A DNA stretch of 64,000 nucleotides. Origin: Felis catus. Its lineage: Eukaryota. How positions within the stretch are numbered: position 1 is the stretch's first letter; the number at the start of each line of letters is the position of its first letter. Positions 49,056 to 62,592 of the stretch are shown here, one piece after another. The stretch lies in contig NC_058377.1 in NCBI RefSeq assembly GCF_018350175.1, positions 100,316,001-100,380,000 on the forward strand, given 5' to 3'. Made by a program: the position numbers and the translations under genes. Under the pieces are notes generated by a model that was not told the origin of the DNA, did not search any database, and was given only the letters and a program-made list of their open reading frames with translations.

Positions 49056-52000
49056 CCCACTACAAAGATGCTATTTCTTTCATGATCTTTTACATTTTTA
49101 TATTTTATTACTTTTAAGACATATCTCTCATGTGGCACAACACCTCTGCAAGCAGGTATTATTATGATTATTCCTATTTTACAGATGAAGGAAAATGAAG
49201 TTCAAAAACATTAAATAACCAGCCCAATGTCAGACAGAGCTAGTATGCAGCTCTGCCTTTTTCTAAATACAAATTTGATGCTCTTTCAACCATTTCAAAG
49301 AGTATCAGAAAAAAGGCAGTATTTCATCAGAACTTCTCTTGTTTTGTAACAGACTTAAAAATGTTCCTTTCTAATTACAGAGCTGTGTAATGGCTTGTGT
49401 ATATAAGCAGTTGGTACTCAGCTGAATTGCCTACTGGCCTAGGACAGTGTGGAATACAATTTAGAAAGGAGGTATTTGCCAATACCCTCTTGGCACACAC
49501 TTGATATATCTAATGTTTAAAATTATCCTGGGTTTCTTGTTCTGTTGGGTAAAAGTTGTCAGGGATTATAAAAATTAATTGTATTTAGACTGATGTGAAG
49601 ATTTTAAAGTGTCTTCCCATGGTCACAACTTACAAAGTTGAATTCTCGTGTTTTTATTTTACAGAAAAAAAGTAGAAAATCAGAAAGGTTAAATAACTAG
49701 ATCATAGAACATGTAAGCCAGCCTTGAGTGCAAATATTCGTACTCCACATCCTGTGGTCTTTTCATGATACAGGGGTCTGGGACTGGTATTTGATTATGG
49801 TTTGGTTTATAAAAATAGTTTTTGGTTATATGCCATAGAAAGTGACACTTTGAGTAATAATTATTAGTAAAATCAAATGTAATTATTTTCCAGAAACATG
49901 CAGTAAAATAATTTCACTATTAAAAAGTTGACTTTGCATTTAGTTCCTTGAATCTGGAATCCTCTCTGGAAACTGCTTTAGGAGAGCATTTATAAGAGAT
50001 ACGAAAAAATAGGAATCATTACTCAACAGTTGCCAAAGAAAGTATTTCTCAGCTGAACAGCTTAAGTTGCATGACTTTCTTGTGAATGAATTTTGGCTTT
50101 TTTCAAAAATAAAGTCGGTTAAAGAAAATGAAATCTGTGACCAAAATACAAATGTGTATGTATGTCATAGATGTATTTACAGCTTCCTCTTCTGACAGAA
50201 AGATCCAGCATCCCACCTCATGAGTGCCATATGTTTTATTGGAAAAAAATCAAGGGATTCCATGATGCAACAATATTTAGCCAGCATATTATGGTTATGA
50301 AAATGTAGAGTAAAAAAGCAACAGCTTTAGGACCAGGAGACATGGGTCTTATTTCTCACTGCGCCATTATCTCATCCATGACCCAGACCAGCTCTCCTTA
50401 TGTCTACCAGTAGTTTACCTGGGTAATTTAGAAGGTGATTCCAAGTTCCGTGGTTCTGCCCATGCCCATATTTTATTACTATGAGTGTTGTTATATTCAC
50501 GTCTACTTCAGTTAAAAGTAAAATTGGAAGAGTCATGAGACCACAGCTCATCTCCCCCAAGTTTTTCATTTCTGACAAACAACTTAGAAGATGTCCTTCA
50601 AGGCTGAAAGGGTCTGTGGACTGGTAGGACAATGTGAGTTCTGCTCCTTTGAGAACACGTCCCTCTCCCCATTGAAATGCATGAAGCCACAAGAAATGCA
50701 TGAAGAACACTTTGGCAGGTACCTGATTTTTGTGAAATTAGTCCCTGAACCCATCAAACATCAGACCGTACCTCAACTAGTTTCTGGTCAACTGTGATAT
50801 GATCTATATTTAATTTCTTCTGCTTTCATTCTGGTTTATCCTTCTGATTTGAAGCGCTGTGTTGCTGTCTCTCTGGGGGTTTCCAACCACTCTGCCTTTG
50901 GATTTACATTCTGGAAACACACTTCCCTGGTATAGCTCCAGGAACTTCTCTTTTGAAAAATTACTTTCATGGAAAACCCTCAGTGATTTATATTTAACTC
51001 GTTGTTTTTTCATCTCATGCTATTGTAGGCCTTGGGAAACTAGACTAGACAGTGGTAGGGGTTCTAACGCAGTCTCTCCACTGACCACTGCAGCTAAGTA
51101 GAGGCTGGATGACCATTTAATGGGCATTGTGAATGGCATGCAATCTTTCATGACACTGGGCACAATGACCTCGTAAGCACATGCTAATTCTTTGATCTGA
51201 CTCTGGTTTTCATCCCAGAGTTGAAAGACAAGTTCAAGACATTTTCACANNNNNNNNNNNNNNNNNNNNNNNNNNNNNNNNNNNNNNNNNNNNNNNNNNN
51301 NNNNNNNNNNNNNNNNNNNNNNNNNNNNNNNNNNNNNNNNNNNNNNNNNNNNNNNNNNNNNNNNNNNNNNNNNNNNNNNNNNNNNNNNNNNNNNNNNNNN
51401 NNNNNNNNNNNNNNNNNNNNNNNNNNNNNNNNNNNNNNNNNNNNAATCCTGATTCAAACTGTCTTTGGTATGTACCATCACAAATATTACCATGGCACTA
51501 TAATACTCAAGTGCCTAATCAAACTAGGTTTAGTCATGTTTTCTCGGGTACCTTAAACTGTTTTCCCCCATGACACATGTTGCTCTCAAGGACCCAACCC
51601 AGAGTTATGTACAATTACTTTTTCCTCTTACTAAAGAAAGCAATCTGAACATGGGTGATTGTGCTTCTATACAGGAGTATTTCTGAATGTAATTGAATAA
51701 AAATATCACTTCAAAAATTGATATTTATTTCTTTTAGTACATAACTGTAATGTGCCTCGCAGTGGGTGGCAGCATAAAGGTGTCATGACACTTTAGTTGT
51801 AAAACAATAACTTAGGGACAAGGATCCTGGCCCAGAATTTAGAGGCCTGGCTTCTTGTTTCACCTTGGCAAATAGCATTCTTATTTCTTGTCTTATATTT
51901 CCTTGTTATAAATACAGATAGAGGCCTATTTCTTTTCTATTTCATAGGGATACTATGAGATTAAATTTATAGGACTGAAATAAATACATTTTACCATCTT

Positions 52001-52449
52001 TGACTACAATTCAAGAATGGAATTATGTTCATTATTATCATTTTTATCTAATTTCAGAATTGGCATAAGAAAGAACCACTTTGAAGAAGTATTGGAAACT
52101 TTAGCTGATATGAGGTGCCAATATTATAATAGGGTTCATAACTATCACCTCATGTACATCTGAAAACAATATTTGAAAATTACCACCATGAATGGCAGAC
52201 CAATCAAAAAGCAAATATTATGGCTTGCAAGTTTAATAAATCAGATAGTTATCCGTCTAAATGTTTAATTTTTACAATACCAAATATTCAGACTCTGTAT
52301 TAAGCTCATTTTTTATCAAGTATACAAGTTTATAAATGGTTGACTTAGTTTTCTCCTCTTGTCATGGTATTTTGTATTCATATAGATTCAAGGAAGAAAT
52401 TAAAAATTAAAGATGAATGCTATAAAACTGATGTTCAGTTAAGTTACGT

Positions 52450-52731
52450 GCAATAATTGGGTTGTTGGCAAGATCTACTGATGATGGTGACATATCCCTG
52501 AGGTCTAATTAACCATAGCTAATAAACTTCACAGAATGTGCCTACAGACAGGGTGGATAGTTGTGCTTATGAGACTCAAGAGAAAGGTGCCATTTATAAA
52601 TCAGCAAAGACACTTAATGTAGCTGGGCTAGTGTGTATTTTCAATCTTACAACTTGACTTATTTCTTGGTGAACTACCAGCTGCCTGAGACCCTGGCCAT
52701 GGAGCTATGTCAGACAAGTTCATAGGTGAGA
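52450..52731 (+). promoter_or_regulatory. Candidate OR promoter and 5' non-coding exon for the OR at 55096
   Basis: TAATTG (52454); O/E-like TCCCTGAGGT (52495) directly next to CTAATTAA (52505); donor TAG|GTGAGA at 52726. Confidence 0.45.
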
Positions 52732-53773
52732 TTTTTTTTTTCCCCAGAAAATATATAATTATAGAGTCTTAGGTTTAAATGGATCTTGTAAATCATAAAA
52801 TCACCTCTTACCCCCTCCCCTGGTTAATCTGACATTTAAATGTCTTCTGCAGCAGGTCAAACCACAAAAGGTGGAATCAACTACAATACTACCAATTTAG
52901 AAGTAAAAATATTTTGGGATTTTTTTTCTTATTTATTTATTTATATGCATATTTAAATTAGTTAGAATCATGTTATATATTCAAATTTGCATCCCAAATT
53001 TCCCCCAACTATTATTACAACATAATAATTTTGCTTTGATATTGTGCAAATGTTTAAAAACATCTCTGTTACAAATGACATATTATTCAGAGAGGTGCAC
53101 TGTATTTTGCTTATCCATTTCTCTAAAGTTGGACATTGTATGCAGTTTTTAATTTTCCACAGTTCTTAATAATTGTGTTGAACATATTTGTACATAATGG
53201 GTTTTCTCTTTTAAAAATATTGTTATTTGGGTTTTATTCCTAGAAGGAATATTGTAGATTCAAAGAATACCGCCCAAATAATTTCTACTTCTTCGTAGCT
53301 AGTTATAAATCACTGTTATTAATTACATCTTATTCTTACTTATGTGCACTATTGTCTCTTCTAATCTTCCGGGGAAGTCCACCTCAGAATAAGGGACTAC
53401 TTGATTTTGCTATGAGATTGCTACACTTGGTTTTCACATATGAATAAAATTTTCATCTTGGATAATTAAAAAATTAAACTCTTTATCCATTTACCTTTGG
53501 AAGGAAAAGAAATGTTTTCCTGCAGGATAAATTTTGCTATATTTATGTTTCTCCCTTGTTTCTTTTGAGAGATTTATGTCCCCACATTTCCTCATTCCAT
53601 TAATAATGCAAGATCCTGCAAGCAGGAATGATGGGTGATGGATGCTTTGGGGGGATGGGAGAGAGGGCGCGAGAATGCAGGTGGGAGGAGCATAAAGGAG
53701 TGGGGGAGTCTCATGAATGAATGTGCTGCTACTGTTTGGTAATAAAGTGTTGGGGGAGGGGTTACTAAAGACA

Positions 53774-53983
53774 TTTATTTAATGTTTATTTATTTCTGAG
53801 ACAGAGAGAGACAGAGCATGAGTGGGGGAGGGGCAGAGAGAGACGGAGACACAGAATCTGAAGCAGGCTCCGGGCTCCGAGATGTCAGCACAGAGCCCGA
53901 CGCGGGGCTCGAACTCACGGACCATGAGATCACGACCTGAGCCGAAGTCGGACGCTCAACCCACTGAGCCACTCAGGCGCCCC
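53774..53983 (-). mobile_element. SINEC_Fc
   Basis: TSD tactaaagacattta / tactaaaggcattta. Confidence 0.94.
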
Positions 53984-54204
53984 TACTAAAGGCATTTAAA
54001 CGGGGACGCTTTTATGACTTTATGTTGACAAACACATTTATATACATAAGAAGCGTCCAATAAGTATTTGTTGAATAAGTGAACATATGATACACACTTA
54101 AAGTAATAGATTTTATATATTTGTGTGTGCATGTTTACACACACACGTATACACACACACACACACACACATAACCTATCTTATCTAACAGACTCTGTTC
54201 TCCA

Positions 54205-54657
54205 CATGAAATTTTTATTTTTAAAAAATTTTATCTTTTATTATTTTTTAAAGTGTTTATTTTTTGGGGCGCCTGGGTGGCTCAGGCGGTTAAGCATTTG
54301 CACTTCAGCTCACGTCATGATCTCGGGTTCATGAGTTCCAGCCCTGTGTCAGGCTCTGCCCTGACAGAGCCTGGAGCCTGCTTCAGATCCTGTGTCTCCC
54401 TCTCTCTTTCTCTCTCTGCTCCTTCCCCACTTGTGTGCTCTCTCTCTCTCTTTCTTTCAAAAATAAATAAACATAAAAAAAGTGTTTATTTATTTTGAGA
54501 GAGAGAGTGCACATGCAAGTTGGGGAGGGGCAGAGGAAGAGGGAGAGAGAGAATCCCAGGGAGGCTCCACACTGAGGGCAGCACCTGGCATGGAGCCCGA
54601 TCGCATCACCCTGAGATCCTGACCTGAGCTGAAATCAAGTCAGACACTTAACTGACT
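54205..54657 (-). mobile_element. SINEC lacking its 5' head, with an opposite-strand SINEC nested at 54266-54480
   Basis: The nested + copy is flanked by TSD aaagtgtttattt; the host SINE stops at cttaactgact. Confidence 0.9.
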
Positions 54658-55039
54658 TACCGTTGTAAGTTAACTCAGTTGTTACAGTTGTAACTCAGTT
54701 GTAACTGAGTTACAATTTATAAGGTCACAGGCATAGAGGAGGGCTCAGAAGCCTGGGCCACTGAAATGACTTAGGGAAGTCACTTAGGGTTGGAACCCGG
54801 AAAATTCCACTCGTGTTTAAAACCCAGGGTTTCCTCAGTACATTACACATCAGGAGCTGCCCTTTGGGTGTTTATAAGCGGCAGGTGGGAGGTGTATGAA
54901 GAGACAGAGCATTGTGGAGGAAGTAAGAAGGAATGAAAACAAACGCGAGGCAAGGAGTGCCCAGAACATGCGCTACATTTACAGTGACTGTTTTTGTACC
55001 ACGAAATTCAGACTACAAGCCTTTCATGGATTAATAGGT

Positions 55040-55061
55040 ATCTCTCTTTATCCCTCTGTAG
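55040..55061 (+). promoter_or_regulatory. Likely splice acceptor of the OR at 55096
   Basis: tctctctttatccctctgtAG|G, 34 nt before the ATG. Confidence 0.65.
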
Positions 55062-55095
55062 GGAATTCAGGCCCCAGGAGGGTGTTCCTTCTTGA

Positions 55096-56043
55096 ATGGA
55101 TAGCCTCACACCTCCGAACAATGTGACTGAATTTTTTCTCTTGGGACTCACGCAGAATCCACGCTTGCAGAAAATACTCTTCGTGGTCTTTTTGTTCATT
55201 TTTCTATTTACTGTGCTTGCCAATCTGCTCGTTGTCATCACCATCTCCCTCAGCCCCACACTTTCCGCTCCCATGTATTTCTTTCTTACTTACTTGTCTT
55301 TTATAGATGCCTCCTACACCTCTGTGACCACCCCCAAAATGATCATCGACCTGCTGTATCAGAGGAGAACCATCNNNNNNNNNNNNNNNNNNNNNNNNNN
55401 NNNNNNNNNNNNNNNNNNNNNNNNNNNNNNNNNNNNNNNNNNNNNNNNNNNNNNNNNNNNNNNNNNNNNNNNNNNNNNNNNNNNNNNNNNNNNNNNNNNN
55501 NNNNNNNNNNNNNNGCTCTGCCGCCTCCTGCTGGTGGTGGCCTGGCTAGGGGGGATCCTGCATGCCGCTGTGCAGACGCTTTTCATGGTCAGCTTGCCCT
55601 TCTGTGGTCCCAACGTCATTGACCACTTCATGTGCGATCTCTTCCCTCTGCTGAAACTTGCCTGCAGCGACACCTACAGGTTGGGAATGGTGGTGGCGGC
55701 CAACAGTGGGGCCATGTGCTTGCTCATTTTTTCCATGCTACTCGTCTCGTACATAGCCATTCTGAGGTCCCTGAATTCCCACGGCGCCGAAGGACGACAC
55801 AAAGCCCTCTCAACATGTGGCTCCCACTTTGCCGTAGTTGTACTTTTTTTTGTGCCTTGCATATTCACCTACATGCGTCCTGTGGTCACCTACCCTGTGG
55901 ATAAGCTGGTGACCGTGTTCTTTGCCGTCCTCACTCCCATGTTAAATCCTATCATTTATACAGTGAGAAACACAGAGGTGAAAAATGCCATGAGGAGTCT
56001 GTGGAAGAAGAGAGTTAGGCTGTTCATAATGCCAAGGAAGTGA
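55096..56043 (+). CDS. Olfactory receptor, family 4 (OR4C-like); 140-nt N gap at 55375-55514 covers TM3/MAYDRY
   Basis: [35 protein letters not shown] and [12 protein letters not shown] are in one frame across the gap. Confidence 0.85.
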   Translation: MDSLTPPNNVTEFFLLGLTQNPRLQKILFVVFLFIFLFTVLANLLVVITISLSPTLSAPMYFFLTYLSFIDASYTSVTTPKMIIDLLYQRRTIXXXXXXXXXXXXXXXXXXXXXXXXXXXXXXXXXXXXXXXXXXXXXXXLCRLLLVVAWLGGILHAAVQTLFMVSLPFCGPNVIDHFMCDLFPLLKLACSDTYRLGMVVAANSGAMCLLIFSMLLVSYIAILRSLNSHGAEGRHKALSTCGSHFAVVVLFFVPCIFTYMRPVVTYPVDKLVTVFFAVLTPMLNPIIYTVRNTEVKNAMRSLWKKRVRLFIMPRK

Positions 56044-59000
56044 TGGTACATATAAATAGGGAAGACTATTTCTGTCATAAAGTATGAAAGAGAATCAATA
56101 AATTTTGCAGATCGCTGACAGAAAAAAAAGTCCCACATACTAACATTTATTAAACACTCAATAGTGGCTAAGCCCTTTGATAGGTGCTTTTGATAGTTTT
56201 TAATGTACTTTACCAAAGCCTCAGTGTTCATAGATTCAAGGTATGCAATGGAAAAGACGACTATAAATCCCAAGTTTGGTTATTATAGAGTATGTTTTTC
56301 TCCAGAGTCTTACGGTTACTTTACCAAATTTTTCATACATATGTTACATATGTTACATACATACATACATACATATGTTACATACATATGTTACTTGGCT
56401 GAAATCGTTTTTTCCACCTCCCACCTTCCTTTTTTTTTTTTCTTTTTTTTTTTTTTGCTTCACCTATGGTGAAACAGAAAATAGAAATTCTTAGGTAGAT
56501 ATATGTGGACGGGACAGTTGGGGAGTGAAACTGCTGATGTTTTTTAGCCCTATGAATGTACCAAAGGCAAAAGGGAAGACACCCACAAAAGGAAGGGAAT
56601 AATTCATAACGTAGTTCTAGTTTAGGGTGTTTTTTTTTTTTGGCACAAAAAATAAGCCAGAAATGTTGAAATTACTCTCAGTTTGGTCTCATCTTTAAAA
56701 ATACCCTTATGACTCAATGTTTATTTATTTATTTTTTAAAAATATTTTTTACTATAAAGGAATTTTTTCTTTCTCCTTACCGAAACCTGAGCCACTTGAA
56801 ACAACAACAGTAAACGTTATTTTATTTAACCTTAACAAAAGGACATATGATTAGGTTCTAAAGCTCTTGTTCTGGAGGTTGTGATACATACATTTATATT
56901 AAATGAACACTTTGTTACTTATCAGGCATATGCAGCTCAGGTGATTTATCCGCATACAAAATCGGTAGTTCCGATATTACTGTCCTCATTTTACAGAGAA
57001 GCAAATTGGTGACAAGAGAGGTTTACTAATTTACTTGCCTCAGGTCACACGTCTACGAGTTTCAGCTGCAACACTTGAACACGGGTCTTGCAGAGCTCAG
57101 TCCTACTTTCTTTCAAATAAAACACAGTTGTCTGAAGCATTTATATCTACGGATAAGACATTTTTCCGCAGGTCTTGATGATTCACTTTGTCCTTCAAGA
57201 AAGATGGTGTCAAAATTGGCTGTAGCCTTGTCTTCCATATAGAGATACGTTTACGCAGTAACACTCTTCTGTGCACATGGAATCTGCCGGGTCATTCTCT
57301 TTTACTACGCAGCACTTTACGAAACAAAGCTTCTCTGACTGTAAGGCTCCAACTTGTGTTACTTCCCACAGAGGTCCCTTTCTCAAACTCGCTGGTCATC
57401 GGGGCTTGCATCTTAATTTGACTGCAAGGCTAATGCCAGAGCATGGTCTATCTTTTCTCGGGGGTGACTGTGTGTCCTAGTTTATGCCTGGCTGTCTCAA
57501 ATCATAAGGCATAGAACATTTTCCCACGAAGTCGAGGCCTGGAAGATGATGTAACAGCGCTTAACCTATTAAAAGGGATCAAGTTTGCAATTGCTGGTGG
57601 CAATTAAGCACAACAGACTCCAGACCAAGTAATGTGTGGTTCAGTTTGATAGATAGGAGACAAGGGTAAGCCAGGGGTAAGAACAGGGAAAGTATTGAGA
57701 AAATGTTTCTACATTGAGACAAAAGGGGAGATTGGAAGAGGGAAGCTACAGCCAACGATTGTGTCTTAGGGCTGTACCACGTGAGAAGATTAAAGAGGCA
57801 CAGATGATAAATTGTCAACAGCAAACTTGACAGGCATTAAGACCTGAAAGGAGAAACATAAGACGGTCTAAGACCGTCTCCTGTTGTCAGGAGACTGTTG
57901 AGGGAGGCTTGCTGGTTTGGGAATAATTTCAAGGAATGTTAAGGTAATCCTTTGCAAAGAATCTCATCATTGAGATTCTCTCATGAAGGCCAAGTGCCGT
58001 CTGATTATTTCTGATACTTAAAACAACAAGAGGGAAAGAAGTATATTTACTCTGAAAAATTAATAAGACACATAATGGTCGTATCTGTTGTACAAGGAGA
58101 CTTGGTTTATGTGGACTTCTAATTCAGTGAGACTATCAGGCAATAAGTGAGGGGAGTGAGCTAACTCTTGTTGAAGACCAACTGTGATGCACACATTTTG
58201 ATAGCGCTTTACGTGCTGTAAGTCTCTTTATGCAATATGTTTTATTCAATGGATCTTTACACTATTTATGCAAAAAAAATGCGATTCAATAAGGGTTACG
58301 TGTCAATATCAAGACTTTTAGGCTCTGCCTCCTCTGCTCTTCCCACTTCCCACTATTCCTCGCTGGCATGAAGTGAAATAACCAAAACGCAGAACTACTC
58401 ATTGGCCACATTGTGAAGATTGTCCTTGAGGCATTTTTTCCCCCTTATTTGGGGGTCACTTTCTTCCCTTCAGCCTTCCCCTGAGCCTGGTTTCCCAGGC
58501 TACCTGTGCTCTCTTGATTCTTCTTGTGTCCGAAAAAAGCCACTTGATCTCATGTCCACAGATGTGTTTCCTTTCATGGACATCATGAAAAGTGGGATGT
58601 AATGGGCTCAGGAAATGAAATTCAAATGGTTGCATTTGAAAGACAGTGAATGAAGTATGGGCGAGAAAGATATTTGAAAGAAAAACAAGCAATTCAATCG
58701 TTGAGGAGACTGATAGTCTGGGCATGAGGGTAGTGTTGTGAAGCACTTAATGTCGTTTCTCTAGGGCTTTTACAATTGCTGTTCCATGTGTGAATATTTA
58801 TTGCTTGAAAAATGACTCCAAAGTCAACTCAGTTTAGGAAATTCTTATTTCCTTTATTAAAAAAATATTATTTAATTCCCACAGTGTGCCAGAGAGTTCT
58901 GGGGGCTTGGTATAAGACGTTGACTAACACAAACAGGTTGTGTTTGTGTGGAACTTAAATTACAGTGGGGAGCAGAGGGTTAATAAGCAAGTGAACAAAT

Positions 59001-59171
59001 GAATGAAAAATGTAATTGTGTTGGTAATAGGTATGATGAAAAACATTATATTAAGGAGGTGGTGCAGAAGAGAAGAACTGGATATAGATGTGTGTACTTG
59101 TTCGTAGCACAACTAGGATTTCAGTCACGCTCACATTTAACCACATTATTTACCTTCACCCCTTTCTTTAT

Positions 59172-59375
59172 ATTTTCATTTTATTATTATTTTTTTTTGA
59201 GAGGGAGAAAGAACATTCGCATATGAGTGGGGAGGGGCAGAGAGAAACAGAATCTTAACAGGCTCCACACCCAGCATGGAGCCCAACGCGGGGCTCAATC
59301 TCATGACCCTGAGATCATGACCTGAGCCAAATTCAAGACTCAGATGCTTACCTGACTGAGCCACCCAGGGGCCCC
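59172..59375 (-). mobile_element. SINEC
   Basis: Head ...gagccacccaggggcccc; degenerate TSD cacc..tttctt. Confidence 0.9.
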
Positions 59376-59404
59376 ACCTTTCTTTTTGTAAGTAAGCTTT
59401 TTCA

Positions 59405-59622
59405 TATGCTTTTGCAAAGGGTAAAGTATTCTTCGTTCAGGTGAAAACAATTTCTTGGGGAATAAAAATATCTTACTGTTTTTATATATAAAGCACAGAT
59501 ATACATAAGGTACATACATGGATAATATATCTGTGGTGTTAAAATTTTAGTGAGGGTAATTAGAATGTCTACAACGGTGACTTAGGAGGGCAGTAACGAA
59601 AAATAAAAAGATTGAGAAGCTT
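59405..59622 (-). mobile_element. hAT-Charlie MITE (MER112-like)
   Basis: tataaagcacagatatacata...tatatctgtggtgttaaaatttt...cttaggagggcagtaacgaaaa...ttgagaa matches my recall of the reverse MER112 consensus. Confidence 0.7.
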
Positions 59623-61564
59623 CCCCTAACCTACATATCAAAGTGGTTAGGTAAGAACATGAGGTGATTCTAAGATGTTAGTAAAAATAATCCAAGTGCG
59701 GAAGATGGCCCATCACCTTTGTGGGTCATACTCAATAAAACTGACAGACTCTTCTTTTTCTGGAGACTTCCTCAGGAGACTGTTGTATTCTGTGTACTAT
59801 ATTGTAAATGTAGCATATTGATAGTTTTCACTATTGAATGTGGAAAAAGAATGAAGGCTATCATTCCAAATATTTCTAAATTGAAAACATGTTATTTGAG
59901 AGTACTATTGTTATGGAGTGAGAAAGAATTGAGTCCTTCTTTTTTTTCTGGCTGAGGTACATTGTTTAAAATCCTTAATAATGGCAACTGTTCTGCAGTT
60001 AGGTGTGACAATTTTAATAATAGTCTTAAAAGATGAAGGGGACACCAGACTAAGTAGTGGAAAAACTTGGTTCCAGGATTTGCTAGGTGTGTTTGTTTTA
60101 CTTCGTCTAGGTTATTAGGCAGATGGATGGTTGTGTGACCATTCTGTTACTGAAGTACTGAAGAAGAGAGGTTACATTGGGAGCAGATAATTGAATGGTT
60201 AATACCAGGATCTGGGGTTGTGTTTGTGGAGCATTAGCCTGGCCTGTCTCCAGTGAAGTTCTGCCCCGGAGAAAAATAGATCCTTGTAGGGGTGGATAAG
60301 AATTCACTGGTATGGTGATTAGCTCCCCAGTCAGTAGAGACACAGCCTCAAGGGGATGCTGTGGAATGATACAAGTCTGCACACTTGGAAATTCTGTGCC
60401 ATTGTAAAATGGCGCTCTGCCCTCTTAGCTCAAGACTATTACCCAAAGGAGAACATCTTATTAATAGTGTTTCTTCTAAGATGTGGATTGGAAACTCTTT
60501 ACAAATTAAGCTCAAAATACAGCCAAGTTCCATGAATGATTTTGTAAATAGCTTAGCTGTCTTTTTTTTTTTTTTGGCAACCTTTCTTATTTAGATGAAA
60601 TTTGAGTTTCTCTGCCATCTACAAGGGTTGTTTCCTATTTAAATTCTTGGACACTTAGAGCATCTGTTGTAAATCTTTCATCCAAAATCATGAGAAACTC
60701 TGGTCCTATAGAAATAGCTCCCATGAAATGATCAGACGATGTGTCTGCAGTGCGTGTCCTGATTTACTTGCCTGTATGCTTTGATCTGGTCAATGGAAAC
60801 TCTAATAGGTCATGATTTGTAGCTATTTTGTAGATGAAAGTTCATGTAAGTACATCCTGGATGGGGCCAGAACTTTGGTTACCCTGACATTATCCTGGAA
60901 AATTTACTTGTACAATCTCTGCCTTCTACCTTCTGGAACCATCGGGTAACTGGCTTTTGGAGGTCACAAGGAAGACATCAGGTCGAGCACTGAAGGTGAC
61001 TTCAACAAGTTACGTGAGTATTAAACATGTTCTTAATTTGAACTACTTTGAAATTGTTGAACTAATTGAATCACTTTATACACATATACAATAATACTTA
61101 AAATGTGTCAGTAGTTCAATGGTTTTGTCTCTATACGCAAATTTGTGGCTTCAGAATGGACAGCCTTAACCTATCAACACTTTTGATGGGATTTGCTTTA
61201 ATCTCTTTTAGCAAATTATCAAAATGTAAGTGTCTGCCTAATCCAAGTCATGAGATTAGTAACTATGAGAGTGTATTTATGTTTTAGGGATGTGCTCTTA
61301 GGAAGGGGAGGAACAGGAATAGCTGGTAAGTCAAGGATGGTTTTAGAGAGATTTTTATGTTTCCTTTTTTTCATGCAACTCTGTGTGTGTGTGTGTGTGT
61401 GTGTGTGCACATGAATACACATATATATGCATATATTACATATGTTTCTGCTTTCTTCTTGTGCCAACTGCTTTTAGCCTTGATTTTCCAATAACCTTTG
61501 AGAACGAATTTACATGGTGCTTTATTCCCAATTTAGTTAATGATACTTCAAATGTTTGGTTTCA

Positions 61565-61585
61565 TTTTTTTCCAATGTTTATTTT

Positions 61586-61618
<33 letters not shown>

Positions 61619-61778
61619 GCACCAGTGGGGGAAGGGCAGAGAGAGAGGGAGACACAGAATCTGAAGAAGGCTCCAGGCTGTGAGCTGTCAGCACAGAGCT
61701 CAACGCGGGGCTCGAGCCATGAGACCATGACCTGAGCCGAAGTCGGATGCTTAACCTACTGAGCCACGCCAGGCGCCC
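61565..61778 (-). mobile_element. SINEC
   Basis: TSD tgtttggtttca / tgtttggctttca. Confidence 0.92.
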
Positions 61779-62592
61779 TGTTTGGCTTTCAGTTTTAATG
61801 TAAAGATGAATTAGATTTAAAAAATATATTTATATAAAACATATATTTATATAAGCACATACACATTTATATGTGAGCAGCTCTGTCCACTTCAGGGTGT
61901 TAGTGTTGGTGCTGAAGGTGATGCTGATATGATTTGCTCGGGGATGGGGTCGTGAAATCAAGAAAGGTTCTTCAGGGATTCAGCCCCCTCCCACTGGAAA
62001 CATCCCTAGAGAACATTAAGTTTTGTATCTACAATGGTATAGTAATTTCCAACCCATAGAGGTGCTATTGTAGATAATTCCTTCTCCACTCATCTCGCAA
62101 GGAAAGCAAAATGAATTAGGAAGACTTGCTGACAAAAATAATCCTTTTAAAGCTCTTAATTAGAGACATTCTACTGATGATGCATATGTTCTGGGTACAG
62201 ATATTCTGAGAAATACGGGGCTATTGATTGCTCGTTAAAAAGGACAACTCAGGGACATTCATAAACGCATTTCTTGTGGTCCAGGATTTTACTGAAGAAA
62301 TTATTCGGCTCCATAAGACATTCACACACTTAGAAACATGAATCAGCCATAACTTGGATTCAAATACAGGTTCTATCATTTATTAAGTGTATAGCCTTAC
62401 ACAAGTTAATTATTCTGCTTTTTCTCAGCCATAAAATTTGTCTAAACAGAGCCAGATGGGAGAATTAAATGAGAAAACATGTATTACGTACTAACAAAAT
62501 ACGTGGTATGCAGCACATGCTAAATTATTACTATTATTTTGATATTTTGTGTATAGACTATATATCTCTACATCGATATCACAGTGCATATA

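Noticed and set aside
55632-55904. Alternate-frame and antisense ORFs overlapping OR CDSs
   Set aside because: Shadow ORFs favoured by the local GC content; no recognisable protein.
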